From an uncultured Gemmatimonadaceae bacterium (GTDB lineage Bacteria; Gemmatimonadota; Gemmatimonadetes; Gemmatimonadales; Gemmatimonadaceae): a DNA stretch of 64,000 nt. Both the position numbers and the translations under genes were made by a program. Each line of letters opens with the position of its first letter. Position 1 is the stretch's first letter. The notes beneath the pieces are model-generated. The model was not told the DNA's origin. It did no database searches and saw only the letters and a list, made by a program, of their open reading frames with translations. The stretch lies in the NCBI GenBank assembly GCA_963761305.1, contig CAVXGK010000002.1:2656001-2720000 (forward strand). Direction: 5' to 3'. Positions 19,795 to 29,290 of this stretch are shown here, in pieces.

Positions 19795-20945
19795 GGCTTC
19801 ACGTAGCCGCCGAACACCAGGTCGGCGTATCCGCGCAACTCGCCGCCAGCGTAGCGCTTGGCGAACGAGTCCATCGTCTCGATCATCGAGGTGCTGATGT
19901 TGCCCGCCGCCGGCACATAGAGCGGATGCACCATGCCCAACCGTCCGAAATAGCTGCGGATGATGACGCTCGTGCTGTCGCGCGGCAACGCGATGACGTT
20001 GCGCGCGTACTCCTCGAACCCGCCGTCGCGGCCGAGCAGATACTGCTCGACGTTCGACAAATAGAACGCCGAGATCACCTGATGGTGGTCGGTCGCGTAC
20101 TGGCCGACGGCCTTCACCGCTTTCTCGCCGGCGACATTGCCGACGACCGGCACGATGAGGTCGCGCACTTCCATCGATCGCACGAACAGGTATCGGTCTT
20201 CTTCAGCCAGGTAGCTCGCCGCGCGGCCGCCGCGATCCGGGGCGAGCATGAGTTGGCGGAACGTCGGATAGTCCATGCGATTGTTTCGGCCGATGCTCGA
20301 GTAGCGGGTGTCGAGCCCGTCGCCGATGAATTCGGACCGATAGCGATCGATCATCGTGCGGTCGCGCGCGTCGAGCGGAACGCCGAAGCTCGCAATGCGC
20401 TCGTTGCTCAGCCGCCGGGTTTCGGCGACGGCCGCCGAGTCGGTCGGGGTTCGCTCGAGATAGGCGAGGACCAGACCGAGTTGCCGTCCCGTCCACTTGT
20501 CGATGTCCGCCGGCACCGGCTTGCCGAACAGGCGGCAGAGAAATTCAGTCCGGTTCCGCGACAGCTCGAACAACGATTTGTAGAAGAGATGCTCGAGCAG
20601 ATTATCGCGCCGGATGTCGAGCATGAACGCGATCGACGGGCGGATGAGCGCGATGTACGAGAAATTCTGATCCGGCCCGACGCCGACGTACACGCCGCCG
20701 TGCGTGCCGGTCTTGGTCAGCTGTGTCGTGACCTGGAGGTATGATTCCTCATTGGAGATGATGTTGTCGGAGTCGAAATAGCCCGCGTTCTCCGAAAGTC
20801 GCGCGACGAGCGCCGCGAACGATGAATCCGCCGGCCGTTGCGCACGGGCCGACATAATCGCGGGCTGCGCCAGGACGAGCGCCTGAGCCAGCGCGCCCGC
20901 GGCAAGCCACGCGCGTGGCGTGGCGCGACGAGTGATGGCGGTCAC
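19791..20945 (-). CDS. Secreted conserved hypothetical protein
   Basis: Signal-like N-terminus; ordered motifs SNE, GGVYVGVGPDQNFSY and FYLSNVEQYL; overlaps the downstream gene start. Confidence 0.7.
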   Translation of the reverse strand: MTAITRRATPRAWLAAGALAQALVLAQPAIMSARAQRPADSSFAALVARLSENAGYFDSDNIISNEESYLQVTTQLTKTGTHGGVYVGVGPDQNFSYIALIRPSIAFMLDIRRDNLLEHLFYKSLFELSRNRTEFLCRLFGKPVPADIDKWTGRQLGLVLAYLERTPTDSAAVAETRRLSNERIASFGVPLDARDRTMIDRYRSEFIGDGLDTRYSSIGRNNRMDYPTFRQLMLAPDRGGRAASYLAEEDRYLFVRSMEVRDLIVPVVGNVAGEKAVKAVGQYATDHHQVISAFYLSNVEQYLLGRDGGFEEYARNVIALPRDSTSVIIRSYFGRLGMVHPLYVPAAGNISTSMIETMDSFAKRYAGGELRGYADLVFGGYVKP

Positions 20946-20955
20946 ACCCGAGAAT

Positions 20956-21153
20956 TTACTGCTTTGCCGGATGCGTCATGACGGCGCGGAGGCGGGAGAG
21001 AAACGCCTCCGGACCGGCCCCATCGGGCAGAGCGGCAAGAACTCGGCGCACGTCGTCCTCGCGGATGGCGAGGCCCGCGCTGAGCGCATTCGGATCGACT
21101 CCGACGCGTTCGAATTCGCGAAGCAGCTGGTCGAATCGTTCTTCTTGTGACAT
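20956..21153 (-). CDS. Small hypothetical protein (65 aa)
   Basis: MSQEERFDQLLREFERVGVDP...; protein-like composition; stop lies 10 nt before the next gene. Confidence 0.55.
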   Translation of the reverse strand: MSQEERFDQLLREFERVGVDPNALSAGLAIREDDVRRVLAALPDGAGPEAFLSRLRAVMTHPAKQ

Positions 21154-21233
21154 GTGGCGCGACGATGAGCTCGCCGACCAAAGTGCACGTGCGGCGACCA
21201 CTTTGGAAGCCCGAGGCCGCTTGGTGGCGAACG

Positions 21234-21265
21234 AAAAGGCCGGCCCACGAGCGGGCCGGCCTTTT
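21234..21265 (-). terminator. Intrinsic terminator after the sigma/anti-sigma operon (bidirectional geometry)
   Basis: AAAAGGCCGGCCC-ACGAGC-GGGCCGGCCTTTT. Confidence 0.8.
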
Positions 21266-21298
21266 GTCGATCAAGAACCAGGTTGCCGTTTCGGGCCC

Positions 21299-21754
21299 TT
21301 ACCGGGCGAACACCATCACGGTGATCGTCACGGCGGCGGCAGCCACCACGAGGGCAGTGGCGGTCGCGACGGCGAACTTCGGCGTCACGACGAATTCCCG
21401 TCGGTACCAGGGCGTGATCACCACTGGGACCGTTTGCGGCAGAGCTTCCATGATGCGCGTTTCGACGTAGGCCGGAGTGCGCATGCGGCGGCGGCGGTCG
21501 ACTTCGACGTTGATCTGTTTCCAGAACTCGACGTCGCGACCCGTTTCGCCCTTCCGGACACTGGCTTCCGGAAGTTCTCCATCCAACCACGCGTGTACGG
21601 CCGGCGCCAACACGCGGGCATCCTGTTCCTGGTGACCCAGCGGGACCTCTCTATCGGCGAGCGGACGTTCCTGTTCGGGACGTTTGCGCGCGCGATCGTG
21701 AAAGTGTCCGTCGAACCCGCTGAGGCCGTCGTCGGAGCGGAGATCGTCAATCAT
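21299..21754 (-). CDS. Putative membrane-anchored anti-sigma factor
   Basis: Starts immediately after the ECF sigma stop. AVHAWLDGELP resembles the anti-sigma domain helix; one C-terminal TM segment. Confidence 0.65.
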   Translation of the reverse strand: MIDDLRSDDGLSGFDGHFHDRARKRPEQERPLADREVPLGHQEQDARVLAPAVHAWLDGELPEASVRKGETGRDVEFWKQINVEVDRRRRMRTPAYVETRIMEALPQTVPVVITPWYRREFVVTPKFAVATATALVVAAAAVTITVMVFAR

Positions 21755-22336
21755 TTAGGCGTACTTCTCCTCTAAGAGTGCCTGGAGCGCCTCTCGCGCG
21801 CGATGTACGCGCATCTTCAGCGCTCCAACCGTGGTACCGAGTAGGTCGGCCATCTCTTCATAAGAGCGGCCTTCGACGTGCTTCATTACGAATGCCTCGC
21901 GCAACGACGCGGGGAGCGTCGTCAACGCGCGGTCCAGATCACTGCGCAACTCCGTCCGATCCAGCTCTTCATCGGGCGTCGCGTAGGCGGATGGCTGGTC
22001 GTCTTCGTCGTAGCTCAGGTGAGATCGACGAATGTTCTTGAGCCAATCCTTGCAGCCGTTCGCGACTATCCTGAATACCCAAGCATCGAAGCGTCCGCGG
22101 ACTTCCGCGAGGTGTTGGTACGCTTTGATGAAGCTGAGTTGCAGAATGTCTTCAGCAACGTCTGGGCTGCCCGTCATGCATAGCGCATGTCGATACAGCG
22201 GATCGCTGTAACGCGTGATCAAGATTTTGAACGCGTCCCGGTTGCCTCCCAGAACACGCTGGATCACGAGTTGATCAGTGTTTTCCTGATCAACGACGGT
22301 TTCATCAGCCCGCAGAACTGCCTCCGTCGTCTTCAC
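21755..22336 (-). CDS. ECF (sigma-70 group 4) RNA polymerase sigma factor
   Basis: Region 2 (DVAEDILQLSFIKAY...FDAWVFRIVAN) and region 4 (LPASLREAF...SYEEMADLLGTTVGALKMRVHRAR). GTG start inferred. Confidence 0.92.
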   Translation of the reverse strand: MKTTEAVLRADETVVDQENTDQLVIQRVLGGNRDAFKILITRYSDPLYRHALCMTGSPDVAEDILQLSFIKAYQHLAEVRGRFDAWVFRIVANGCKDWLKNIRRSHLSYDEDDQPSAYATPDEELDRTELRSDLDRALTTLPASLREAFVMKHVEGRSYEEMADLLGTTVGALKMRVHRAREALQALLEEKYA

Positions 22337-22419
22337 GACAACAGAGTAATTCGGTTGCTGCGCTTCGGACAGTGCGCGAGCTCCGCTTCGCTGCTCCAGA
22401 AGGGTCGCCACGTGATCAA

Positions 22420-22445
22420 GACGAGATTCCTCGGCTGAGGTAACA
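22420..22445 (-). promoter_or_regulatory. Candidate autoregulatory ECF promoter TGTTAC-N16-CGTC
   Basis: Minus strand reads TGTTAC ctcagccgaggaatct CGTC, about 85 nt upstream of the sigma start, matching general ECF promoter geometry. Confidence 0.5.
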
Positions 22446-22513
22446 AAGGGTTGCAACAGAATCTCGCGGGTAAAGTCGCGAGGCCCGTAAATCAAGGTTC
22501 GGCCTTGCCCCGC

Positions 22514-23626
22514 CTACCCGTTCTTGGCCCTCAAGGGTGTAACAATTTTGAACACCCCCCACCCATGCTGGCGAATCATATCGGAATGCTCACCAAGTGT
22601 GGGAGGTGCAAAACGCACGAATCCGGGAACACTCGGGGCGACACCCGTGAGCGGCGAGGCGCCGGCATCCCGCAACGCCTCGAGCACCGTGCGAACGACG
22701 CCGCTCGGGACGCCGGCCAGCGCCAGCCGTTCGCTCCAGTGCCGCGCCGGTTGGGTACCGAGTCGCTCGGAAAATGCCGAGACGATTCGGTCGCGTTGGG
22801 CGAGCCGCCCGGGGTTCGTGGAAAGCGTTTGGTCATCGGCAAGCGAGTCGAGTTCTAGCGCGCGAGCACAAGCCACCCACTGGGCGTCGCTCCCCACGGC
22901 GACCACGATCGGACGGTCGGCCGCGCGGAACAGCTGATACGGAACGAGATTCGGGTGCGCGTTGCCCCAGCGCCGGGCGTCGTGCCCCGTGACGAGTGCG
23001 TTCTGGGCGACGTTGACAAGTGCCGCCCTCGCCGAGTCGATGAGCGAAATCGAAAGCCTCGCCCCGCGACCAGTTCGGGCCCGCTGGACGAGAGCCGCCA
23101 GGATGGCGATCGCCGCGTCCTTCCCGGCCAAGACGTCGGCCAGCGCCACGCCGACTTTCATTGGATCACCATCCGGTTCGCCGGTGACGGCCATCCACCC
23201 GCCCTCGGCTTGCGCGACGAAATCGTAGCCCGGACGGTCGTTGCCGAGCCCAAAACCGGTGACCGTGCACCACACGAGATCCGGCCGTCGCGCGCACCAC
23301 TCCGCCGGCGACAGACCGCGGCGATCGAGGACGCCGGGACGGAAGTTGTCGACCACGACGTCGGCCTCGCCCAACAGTCGTTCGACATATCGGCGATCCC
23401 CTTCCCCGTCGAGGTCGGCGGCCATCCCGAGCTTGTTTCTATTGATACTGAGGTAGTAGGCGCTTCGGCCCTTGGCGTCGAAAGGCGGCCCCCAGGTTCG
23501 CGACTCGTCCCCAGTTCCCGGTCGTTCGACCTTGATGACATCGGCGCCCAGGTCGCCAAGCAGCATGGTGCACAGTGGACCGGCCAGCACCCGCGTCAGG
23601 TCGAGCACTTTCACGCCGGATAGCAT
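22514..23626 (-). CDS. Family III CoA-transferase (CaiB/BaiF)
   Basis: LSGVKVLDLTRVLAGP, LGADVIKVE, NRNK, DNFRPG, GYDFVAQAEGG, PPTLGEH. Confidence 0.93.
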   Translation of the reverse strand: MLSGVKVLDLTRVLAGPLCTMLLGDLGADVIKVERPGTGDESRTWGPPFDAKGRSAYYLSINRNKLGMAADLDGEGDRRYVERLLGEADVVVDNFRPGVLDRRGLSPAEWCARRPDLVWCTVTGFGLGNDRPGYDFVAQAEGGWMAVTGEPDGDPMKVGVALADVLAGKDAAIAILAALVQRARTGRGARLSISLIDSARAALVNVAQNALVTGHDARRWGNAHPNLVPYQLFRAADRPIVVAVGSDAQWVACARALELDSLADDQTLSTNPGRLAQRDRIVSAFSERLGTQPARHWSERLALAGVPSGVVRTVLEALRDAGASPLTGVAPSVPGFVRFAPPTLGEHSDMIRQHGWGVFKIVTPLRAKNG

Positions 23627-23726
23627 CTACTGTCGCGAAAGTGTCTCGTTGCGTGTATGAAGATGAACGCAGTGGACGCCAAAAATCGCCAAAGACGACT
23701 CGCTTGTTAGTACAGTCGAACCTGTC

Positions 23727-23754
23727 TTGCGTAGCTAACGGAGAATCATATACT
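23727..23754 (+). promoter_or_regulatory. Candidate sigma-70 promoter (TTGCGT-N16-TATACT)
   Basis: In the AT-richer divergent intergenic region upstream of 23871. Confidence 0.4.
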
Positions 23755-23870
23755 TCCGCCGTTCGACGCCCTGGCCGCCGAACTTAGCGCACCCGCCAGC
23801 GCACGACAACGAGCAGTCCCAGCCGCGACCTCCCCTTCCGCTCGTTTTCTCACGCGACCCATCACCATCT

Positions 23871-24527
23871 ATGGCGGAAAAACCGCAGCCTCCTTCCCCG
23901 GTTCCAAGCGACTCGAGTGACCCGGCGAACCCGGCGGTTCGTCGATCACCTGGCCATCGTGTGGACATGCGCGATGCAGTCGCCGAGCTGGCCGAACGGG
24001 CCCAGGTCATCAGCCAGGAAGCGGGGACCAAGGTTGCCTCGGCGATGAAAGACGTCGTCAGCGCGGCGGCCGGCATCGCGGGGTTCGCGATCGAGAGCGC
24101 GCGGGATCTTGTTCAATACATGGTACGGCGAGGTCAGATGACGCCCGAAGAGGGCGAGCGGCTGATCCGCGAAGCCGAGGCGGCGCATGACAAACGGTCG
24201 CCGGGAGACAAAGCCCGGGCGACCGCTTCGAAGATCGCCGAGCGTGCGGCTGCCGCCAAGGCTGAAGCGGCCGCGCGGGCGGCAGCCCAGGTCACAGCCT
24301 ACTCGAGACCGATCGCGAAACAGCCGGCGGTTCCAACTCCGAGCAGCACGAAGGCGGTTCCGGCGAGCAAGACTCGTCCGGCGAAGCCGTCGGCTGCGAA
24401 GCCGGCGGCTGCGAAGCCGGCGGCTGCGAAGACCGCTGCTGCGAAGCCGGCGGCGCCCGCCAAGGTCGAGAACGCAAAGCCGGTCAAGCCCGCCAAGGCC
24501 AGCAAACCGGCCAAGAAGCGGAAGTAA
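23871..24527 (+). CDS. Phasin/PhaF-like protein with histone H1-like AAKP tail
   Basis: Helical segment AGIAGFAIESARDLVQYMVRRGQMTPEEGERL resembles granule-associated proteins. Lys/Ala/Pro-rich C-terminus. Confidence 0.6.
   Translation: MAEKPQPPSPVPSDSSDPANPAVRRSPGHRVDMRDAVAELAERAQVISQEAGTKVASAMKDVVSAAAGIAGFAIESARDLVQYMVRRGQMTPEEGERLIREAEAAHDKRSPGDKARATASKIAERAAAAKAEAAARAAAQVTAYSRPIAKQPAVPTPSSTKAVPASKTRPAKPSAAKPAAAKPAAAKTAAAKPAAPAKVENAKPVKPAKASKPAKKRK
24381..24455 (+). repeat. 5 x 15-bp coding tandem repeat (AKPAA units)
   Basis: GCGAAGCCGGCGGCT consensus repeated five times with minor variation. Confidence 0.9.
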
Positions 24528-25346
24528 TCAACCGGCGCGAACCGGTCGGGCGCGCAACAACACCACCGCTTCCAACAACTCCAGCATCGCCGCAGGCGAG
24601 CCGACGAAAAACTCGGCCGACGTCGGTCGCGCGTGAAGCACCGGCTCCACGGCCACCGTGACCGACGCGCGCGCCCGTTCCCGCACGGCGCGGAGCATGT
24701 CCTCATCCGTTTCGTCGTCGCCGGCACACAGGATCGACGCGCCGTGATCGAGCGCGCCGAGTCGATGGGCGAGGTCGATCGCCGCGGTGCCTTTGTTGAT
24801 GCGAACCGGAGGTCGCAGTTCGAGCACTTCTTTCCCGCCGGTGACGTCGAGGCCGAGCTCGCGAGCCACGCGGCGGACTCTGAGGCCGAGCTCCGGGACG
24901 GAATCGCGTTCGGCGAGGCGATAGTGAACGCTGAGCGTCCACCGCTTGTTCTCGAGGATCGTTCCCGGAACGGAGCGAACCATTTGCGCCAGCCTCGCTG
25001 CCGCGACGTCCACCGGATGCGCGAACTGCGCAACGGCATCCGGGACCGTGGGCGGTTCGCCGGGCGCCGCGACCTCCAACCCGTGATTCCCGACGTACCA
25101 CGAGCCCTCGACGCCGACCAGGCGACGCGCGTCGCCAACCGACCGACCGGTGACGACGGCGACGTGGACGCCGTCGGTGCGCGTCAGCTCGTCGAGCAGA
25201 TGGCGCGCGCGCGGCGACACGACGGCCTCCGCCGGAGTCGGCGCGATCGGCGTCAGCGTGCCGTCGATGTCGAGCAGAAGCAGGAGCGGAGTTCCAACGA
25301 GGCGCGCCGCGAGGTCCGTCGGAACGGGCAGCGCGGGGATGGTCAT
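24528..25346 (-). CDS. otsB: Trehalose-6-phosphate phosphatase
   Basis: HAD motifs LDIDGTL, VTGR, GNHGLE, ENK...SVHYR, NKG, AGDDETDED; adjacent to otsA. Confidence 0.92.
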   Translation of the reverse strand: MTIPALPVPTDLAARLVGTPLLLLLDIDGTLTPIAPTPAEAVVSPRARHLLDELTRTDGVHVAVVTGRSVGDARRLVGVEGSWYVGNHGLEVAAPGEPPTVPDAVAQFAHPVDVAAARLAQMVRSVPGTILENKRWTLSVHYRLAERDSVPELGLRVRRVARELGLDVTGGKEVLELRPPVRINKGTAAIDLAHRLGALDHGASILCAGDDETDEDMLRAVRERARASVTVAVEPVLHARPTSAEFFVGSPAAMLELLEAVVLLRARPVRAG

Positions 25347-25350
25347 CGTT

Positions 25351-26838
25351 CTATGCCGGTTCGGGCTGTGGCAGAAGTCCCATGATCTCGGCAGAGCGTT
25401 CGAGAATCGACTCGAGCCAATCGAAGATGGTCGAATTGTGCAGCTGCCGCCGCATGCGATGCATACGCCTCCGGCGTTCTTCCGGGGACATCGACAGTGC
25501 GGCATGAATCGCCGCGACGAACCCGTCGATGTTGAACGGATTGATCAGCATGGCGCCGTCGATCTCTTCGGCCGATCCGGTGAATCGGCTCAACAGCAAC
25601 ACGCCGCGCTCGTCCAGTTGGCAAGCGACGAATTCCTTGGCGACGAGATTCATTCCGTCCTGCAGCGACGACACGATGCACATGTCGCCGGCCCGGTAGA
25701 CCGCGGCGAGCAGATCGGCGTCGACGTTCTCGCTGATCAGCACGATGGGAGTCCAGTGGCTGTTGCCGAAACGGGCGTTGATCGAGATCACCGCGTCGAC
25801 GACGTCGCGCTCGAGCGTCGTGTACGCGGGGACTTCGCTGCGCGACGGCGTGCACACGAAGATAAATGTGAACTGCTCGCGAAGCTCGCTCGACTCGGTC
25901 CACAGTGTGTCGAGCGCGCGAATGCGCTCGAGAATCCCCTTCGTGTAATCGATCCGGTCGACACAGACGCCGAGCTGACGCGTGGGCGCGTGGCGTTTGC
26001 GCAAGGTCCGGGCGAGCGTCCGCGAAGCGCGCGACCCGGCCATTTCCTCGAACTTGGCGACGTCGATGCTGATCGGAAACGCGCCGACGTGGACGGTGCG
26101 GCCGCGGAACTGAACGACTTGATTCGCCCGGTCGATCTTCGCTTCGGGAACGAATCGCTCGACACAGTCGACGAAGTTGGTCGCGTAGCGTTCGATCTGA
26201 AATTCGATGAGGTCGTTGCCGAGGATTCCGAGCAGCACGGCCTCGTTCGTTCGCGACGGCAGGAGCTGGAGAATGTCCGGCGGCGGAAAGGGGATGTGCC
26301 AGAACTGATGGATGAACTGCGGCGGACGCATCGCCCGCAGCATCGCCGGGACGAGCGCGAAGTGATAATCCTGTATCCAGACGGTCGCCTTTCCCGACGA
26401 GCGTTCCGCCTCGTCGGCCACCGCGTGGGCGAATCGCAGGTTGACGTCGCGATACCGGTTCCAGTACTCCGTGCGATACTCGAAGTGCTGGATGAGCATG
26501 TGGCAGAGCGGCCAGAGCGCGCGGTTCGCGAACCCATGGTAGTAGCCGTTCACGTCGGCTTCGTCGAGCCAGACGCGTCGCAGCGTGTAGGACTGCTCGC
26601 CTTCCGGCACCGCCACGCGGCCCATCTCGTCGGCGACCTCGCGGTCCGCCGAACCCGATCCCCACGCCACCCATGTCCCGTGCGTTCGGCGCATCGTGGG
26701 ATCGAGCGCGCTCACCAAACCACCGGCCGGCTGCTTTACTTCAGGCGTGCCGTCGACGCCATGGAAATGCTCGTACGGCTCCCGATTGGAGACAAGAATG
26801 AACTTGCTGTCGCCGAGGTAGTGCGTGAAATCGAGCAT
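25351..26838 (-). CDS. otsA: Trehalose-6-phosphate synthase (GT20)
   Basis: VSNREPY, AGGLVSAL, WIQDYH, FWHIPFP, VDRIDYTKG, DGMNLVAKEF. Confidence 0.95.
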   Translation of the reverse strand: MLDFTHYLGDSKFILVSNREPYEHFHGVDGTPEVKQPAGGLVSALDPTMRRTHGTWVAWGSGSADREVADEMGRVAVPEGEQSYTLRRVWLDEADVNGYYHGFANRALWPLCHMLIQHFEYRTEYWNRYRDVNLRFAHAVADEAERSSGKATVWIQDYHFALVPAMLRAMRPPQFIHQFWHIPFPPPDILQLLPSRTNEAVLLGILGNDLIEFQIERYATNFVDCVERFVPEAKIDRANQVVQFRGRTVHVGAFPISIDVAKFEEMAGSRASRTLARTLRKRHAPTRQLGVCVDRIDYTKGILERIRALDTLWTESSELREQFTFIFVCTPSRSEVPAYTTLERDVVDAVISINARFGNSHWTPIVLISENVDADLLAAVYRAGDMCIVSSLQDGMNLVAKEFVACQLDERGVLLLSRFTGSAEEIDGAMLINPFNIDGFVAAIHAALSMSPEERRRRMHRMRRQLHNSTIFDWLESILERSAEIMGLLPQPEPA

Positions 26839-26949
26839 TAGGGGCGAAAGAGGTGCAACTGGCGTGCCCGCTACGGATTGTGTCCGAGCGCACTGCGCAA
26901 CGCATCGGAACTGGCGCGCGGCGGCGGGCAGCACGATCATTTGTCCCCC

Positions 26950-27924
26950 GTGAGCGACACGATCATCACGCGCGCACCAACGCGCATCGACTTCGGCGGC
27001 GGATGGACCGACGTGCCGCCCTACTCGGACGAAGTCGGCGGCTTCGTGTGCAACGTGGCCATCAATCGGTACGCAACAGCGACGGTGACGCGTTCGGTGC
27101 ACTCGATCGTCGCGCCGGTGACCGCGTCGTCATCGGCCGGCGATCAGTCCATCGCGCTCGCCGCCGCGCGGCGCTTCCATTTGTCCGGCGCTCACATCGA
27201 CGTACACAGCGATTTCCCGGCGGGTGCCGGATTGGGCGGGTCGTCGGCGGTGGGCGTCGCTATCGTTGCCGCGCTCAGCGCGGTGAGCGACGGTTCGACC
27301 GAGTCCAACGACGATCGCACTTGGCTCGCCGAACTGAGCCGAGCAGTCGAGATCGGCGACCTGGGCGTTCCGGGTGGGCGGCAAGATCACTACGCCGCGG
27401 CGTACGGTGGCGCGCTCGGTCTTCGGTTTTCGCGCGGGCGCGTGGACGTGCGACCCATCCCACTGAGCGACGCGCTGCGCTCCGAGCTCGAGCGGCGATG
27501 CATCGTGATCTACACGGGACAGAGCCGCATTTCCGGCGAGACGATCGATGCGGTGCTCGGCGCGTACGCCCGACGCGAGCCGCGCGTGCTGGCGGCGCTC
27601 GAAGGCATGCGCGAGACAGCCGAGCGGATGGCGACTGCGCTCGAGGCGGGCGACCTCGACGCCCTCGCGGCGTTGGTTGCCGAACAGTGGATGCACCAGC
27701 GCTCGCTCCATCCGGCGATTCCGACGCCGCTGATCGACGAGATCATCGAACGAGGCACCAACGCAGGAGCAGCGGGCGCAAAAGCGCTCGGCGCGTCGGG
27801 CGGCGGATGCGTGCTGCTCATCGCGCGCCCGGAGCGGGTCGACGAAGTGCGCACCGCGATCGCGCCGCTCGGCGAGCTGCTGTCGTTCGCGGTGGATGAA
27901 CACGGAGTCCAGCGTTGTCGATAG
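26950..27924 (+). CDS. GHMP-family sugar kinase (HddA-like heptose-7-phosphate kinase)
   Basis: RAPTRIDFGGGWTD, PAGAGLGGSSA, GGRQDHYAAAYGG, GAKALGASGGG. Confidence 0.85.
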   Translation: MSDTIITRAPTRIDFGGGWTDVPPYSDEVGGFVCNVAINRYATATVTRSVHSIVAPVTASSSAGDQSIALAAARRFHLSGAHIDVHSDFPAGAGLGGSSAVGVAIVAALSAVSDGSTESNDDRTWLAELSRAVEIGDLGVPGGRQDHYAAAYGGALGLRFSRGRVDVRPIPLSDALRSELERRCIVIYTGQSRISGETIDAVLGAYARREPRVLAALEGMRETAERMATALEAGDLDALAALVAEQWMHQRSLHPAIPTPLIDEIIERGTNAGAAGAKALGASGGGCVLLIARPERVDEVRTAIAPLGELLSFAVDEHGVQRCR

Positions 27925-29072
27925 CGCGCGGCGACGCGGCGGCGTTGACGCGCGAATTGGTGCGCGTCGATTCGCGCAATCCCTCGCTCGTTCCGGGCGG
28001 GCCGGGAGAGAACGCCGTCGCCAAGACGCTCGCCGCGGTGCTTCAGGAGTGGGGACTGCGCGTCGACCTTCAGCACGCCGCACCGCAGCGCCCGAACGTC
28101 ATCGCGCGAGCGGGCCGCGCCGGCGGACGCACGTTGATGTTCAACGGACACCTCGACGTAGTCGGCGTGGACGGCATGACGCACGCGCCGTGGGACGCCT
28201 TTCAGCGTGAAGGGCGCATCTACGGGCGCGGGTCGGCGGACATGAAGGCGGGCGTCGCGGCGATGTGCGCCGCGGCGGCGCGCGCGGCCGACGAGCTCGA
28301 GGGAGAAGTGGTGATCACGGCGGTCGTCGACGAAGAGTACGAGAGCATCGGGACGCGAGCGCTGGTCGCGGCCGGCGTTCGAGCCGACGCGGCGGTCGTC
28401 ACTGAGCCCACAGGGCTCGCGATCATGCCGGCGCATCTCGGATTCGTCTGGGCAGACGTCACCATGCACGGACGCGCGGCGCACGGCAGCCGATGGGAGA
28501 TCGGCGTCGACGCCATTCGACACGCCGGCTACTTCCTCACCGAGTTGGATCGGATCGATGCCGAGGATTTGCCGCAGAAATCGCATCCGCTGCTTGGCAG
28601 GCCGTCGGTGCACGCGTCGCTGATCGAAGGCGGATCGGGGATGTCGACCTATCCCGATCGCTGCTGCGTTCGCATCGAACGACGCACGATTCCCGGCGAG
28701 AAACCTGCCGACGTCGAGCGCGAGCTTCGCGACGCGTGCGACCGTGTGGCCGCGTACCGGCCGGGCTTCAGCGCCACTGTGCGAATCACGTTCGCGCAAG
28801 AGCCGTCGGACGTAGCGGTGGAAGCGCCGATCGTGCGCGCGCTCTCGACGGCGATCTGCGAAGACGACGACGATCCGCGCATCGCCGGCATGTCGGCGTG
28901 GACCGACGCCGCGATTCTCAACGCGGCCGGGATTCCAGCCGTCTGTTTCGGGCCGGGCGACATCGCGCTCGCCCATTCGGCGGAGGAGTACGTGCCGGTG
29001 TTCGAGATCGAACGAGCGACGACGATTCTCGCGTCGCTCGCCAAGCGTTGGTGCTCCGTCCGCATCTCGTGA
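27915..29072 (+). CDS. M20 metallopeptidase/deacylase (ArgE/DapE family)
   Basis: NGHLDVV, GRGSADMKAG, DEE, TEPT, GRAAHGS, AHSAEE. Confidence 0.9.
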   Translation: MSIARGDAAALTRELVRVDSRNPSLVPGGPGENAVAKTLAAVLQEWGLRVDLQHAAPQRPNVIARAGRAGGRTLMFNGHLDVVGVDGMTHAPWDAFQREGRIYGRGSADMKAGVAAMCAAAARAADELEGEVVITAVVDEEYESIGTRALVAAGVRADAAVVTEPTGLAIMPAHLGFVWADVTMHGRAAHGSRWEIGVDAIRHAGYFLTELDRIDAEDLPQKSHPLLGRPSVHASLIEGGSGMSTYPDRCCVRIERRTIPGEKPADVERELRDACDRVAAYRPGFSATVRITFAQEPSDVAVEAPIVRALSTAICEDDDDPRIAGMSAWTDAAILNAAGIPAVCFGPGDIALAHSAEEYVPVFEIERATTILASLAKRWCSVRIS

Positions 29073-29290
29073 GTCCGCTGAGTCATCGCGACTACGACAC
29101 CCTCGAGAGCGCAGTCTCGAGAGGAGCGCGCGTCGCGATCAGCCGCCCGGGCCGCCGTGAGCTCGTGCTCGTGCCGTTGACGCTCAAGTTGGACGACGGG
29201 CGCGAGGTGATCACCGCACGCAACCCGACGACCGGCCACGAGCTGACCATCTTCCTCGACGAAGTGGAACGAATTGAGGCAGTGACGTGA
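29069..29290 (+). CDS. Small hypothetical protein (73 aa)
   Basis: GTGA overlaps at both ends. MSPLSHRDYDTLESAVSRG...IFLDEVERIEAVT. Confidence 0.7.
   Translation: MSPLSHRDYDTLESAVSRGARVAISRPGRRELVLVPLTLKLDDGREVITARNPTTGHELTIFLDEVERIEAVT

Noticed and set aside
21755..23870. Apparently lower-GC stretch suggesting horizontal transfer (also 43500-45000)
   Set aside because: No mobility genes, att sites or flanking direct repeats are visible, and the composition shift was judged only by eye.
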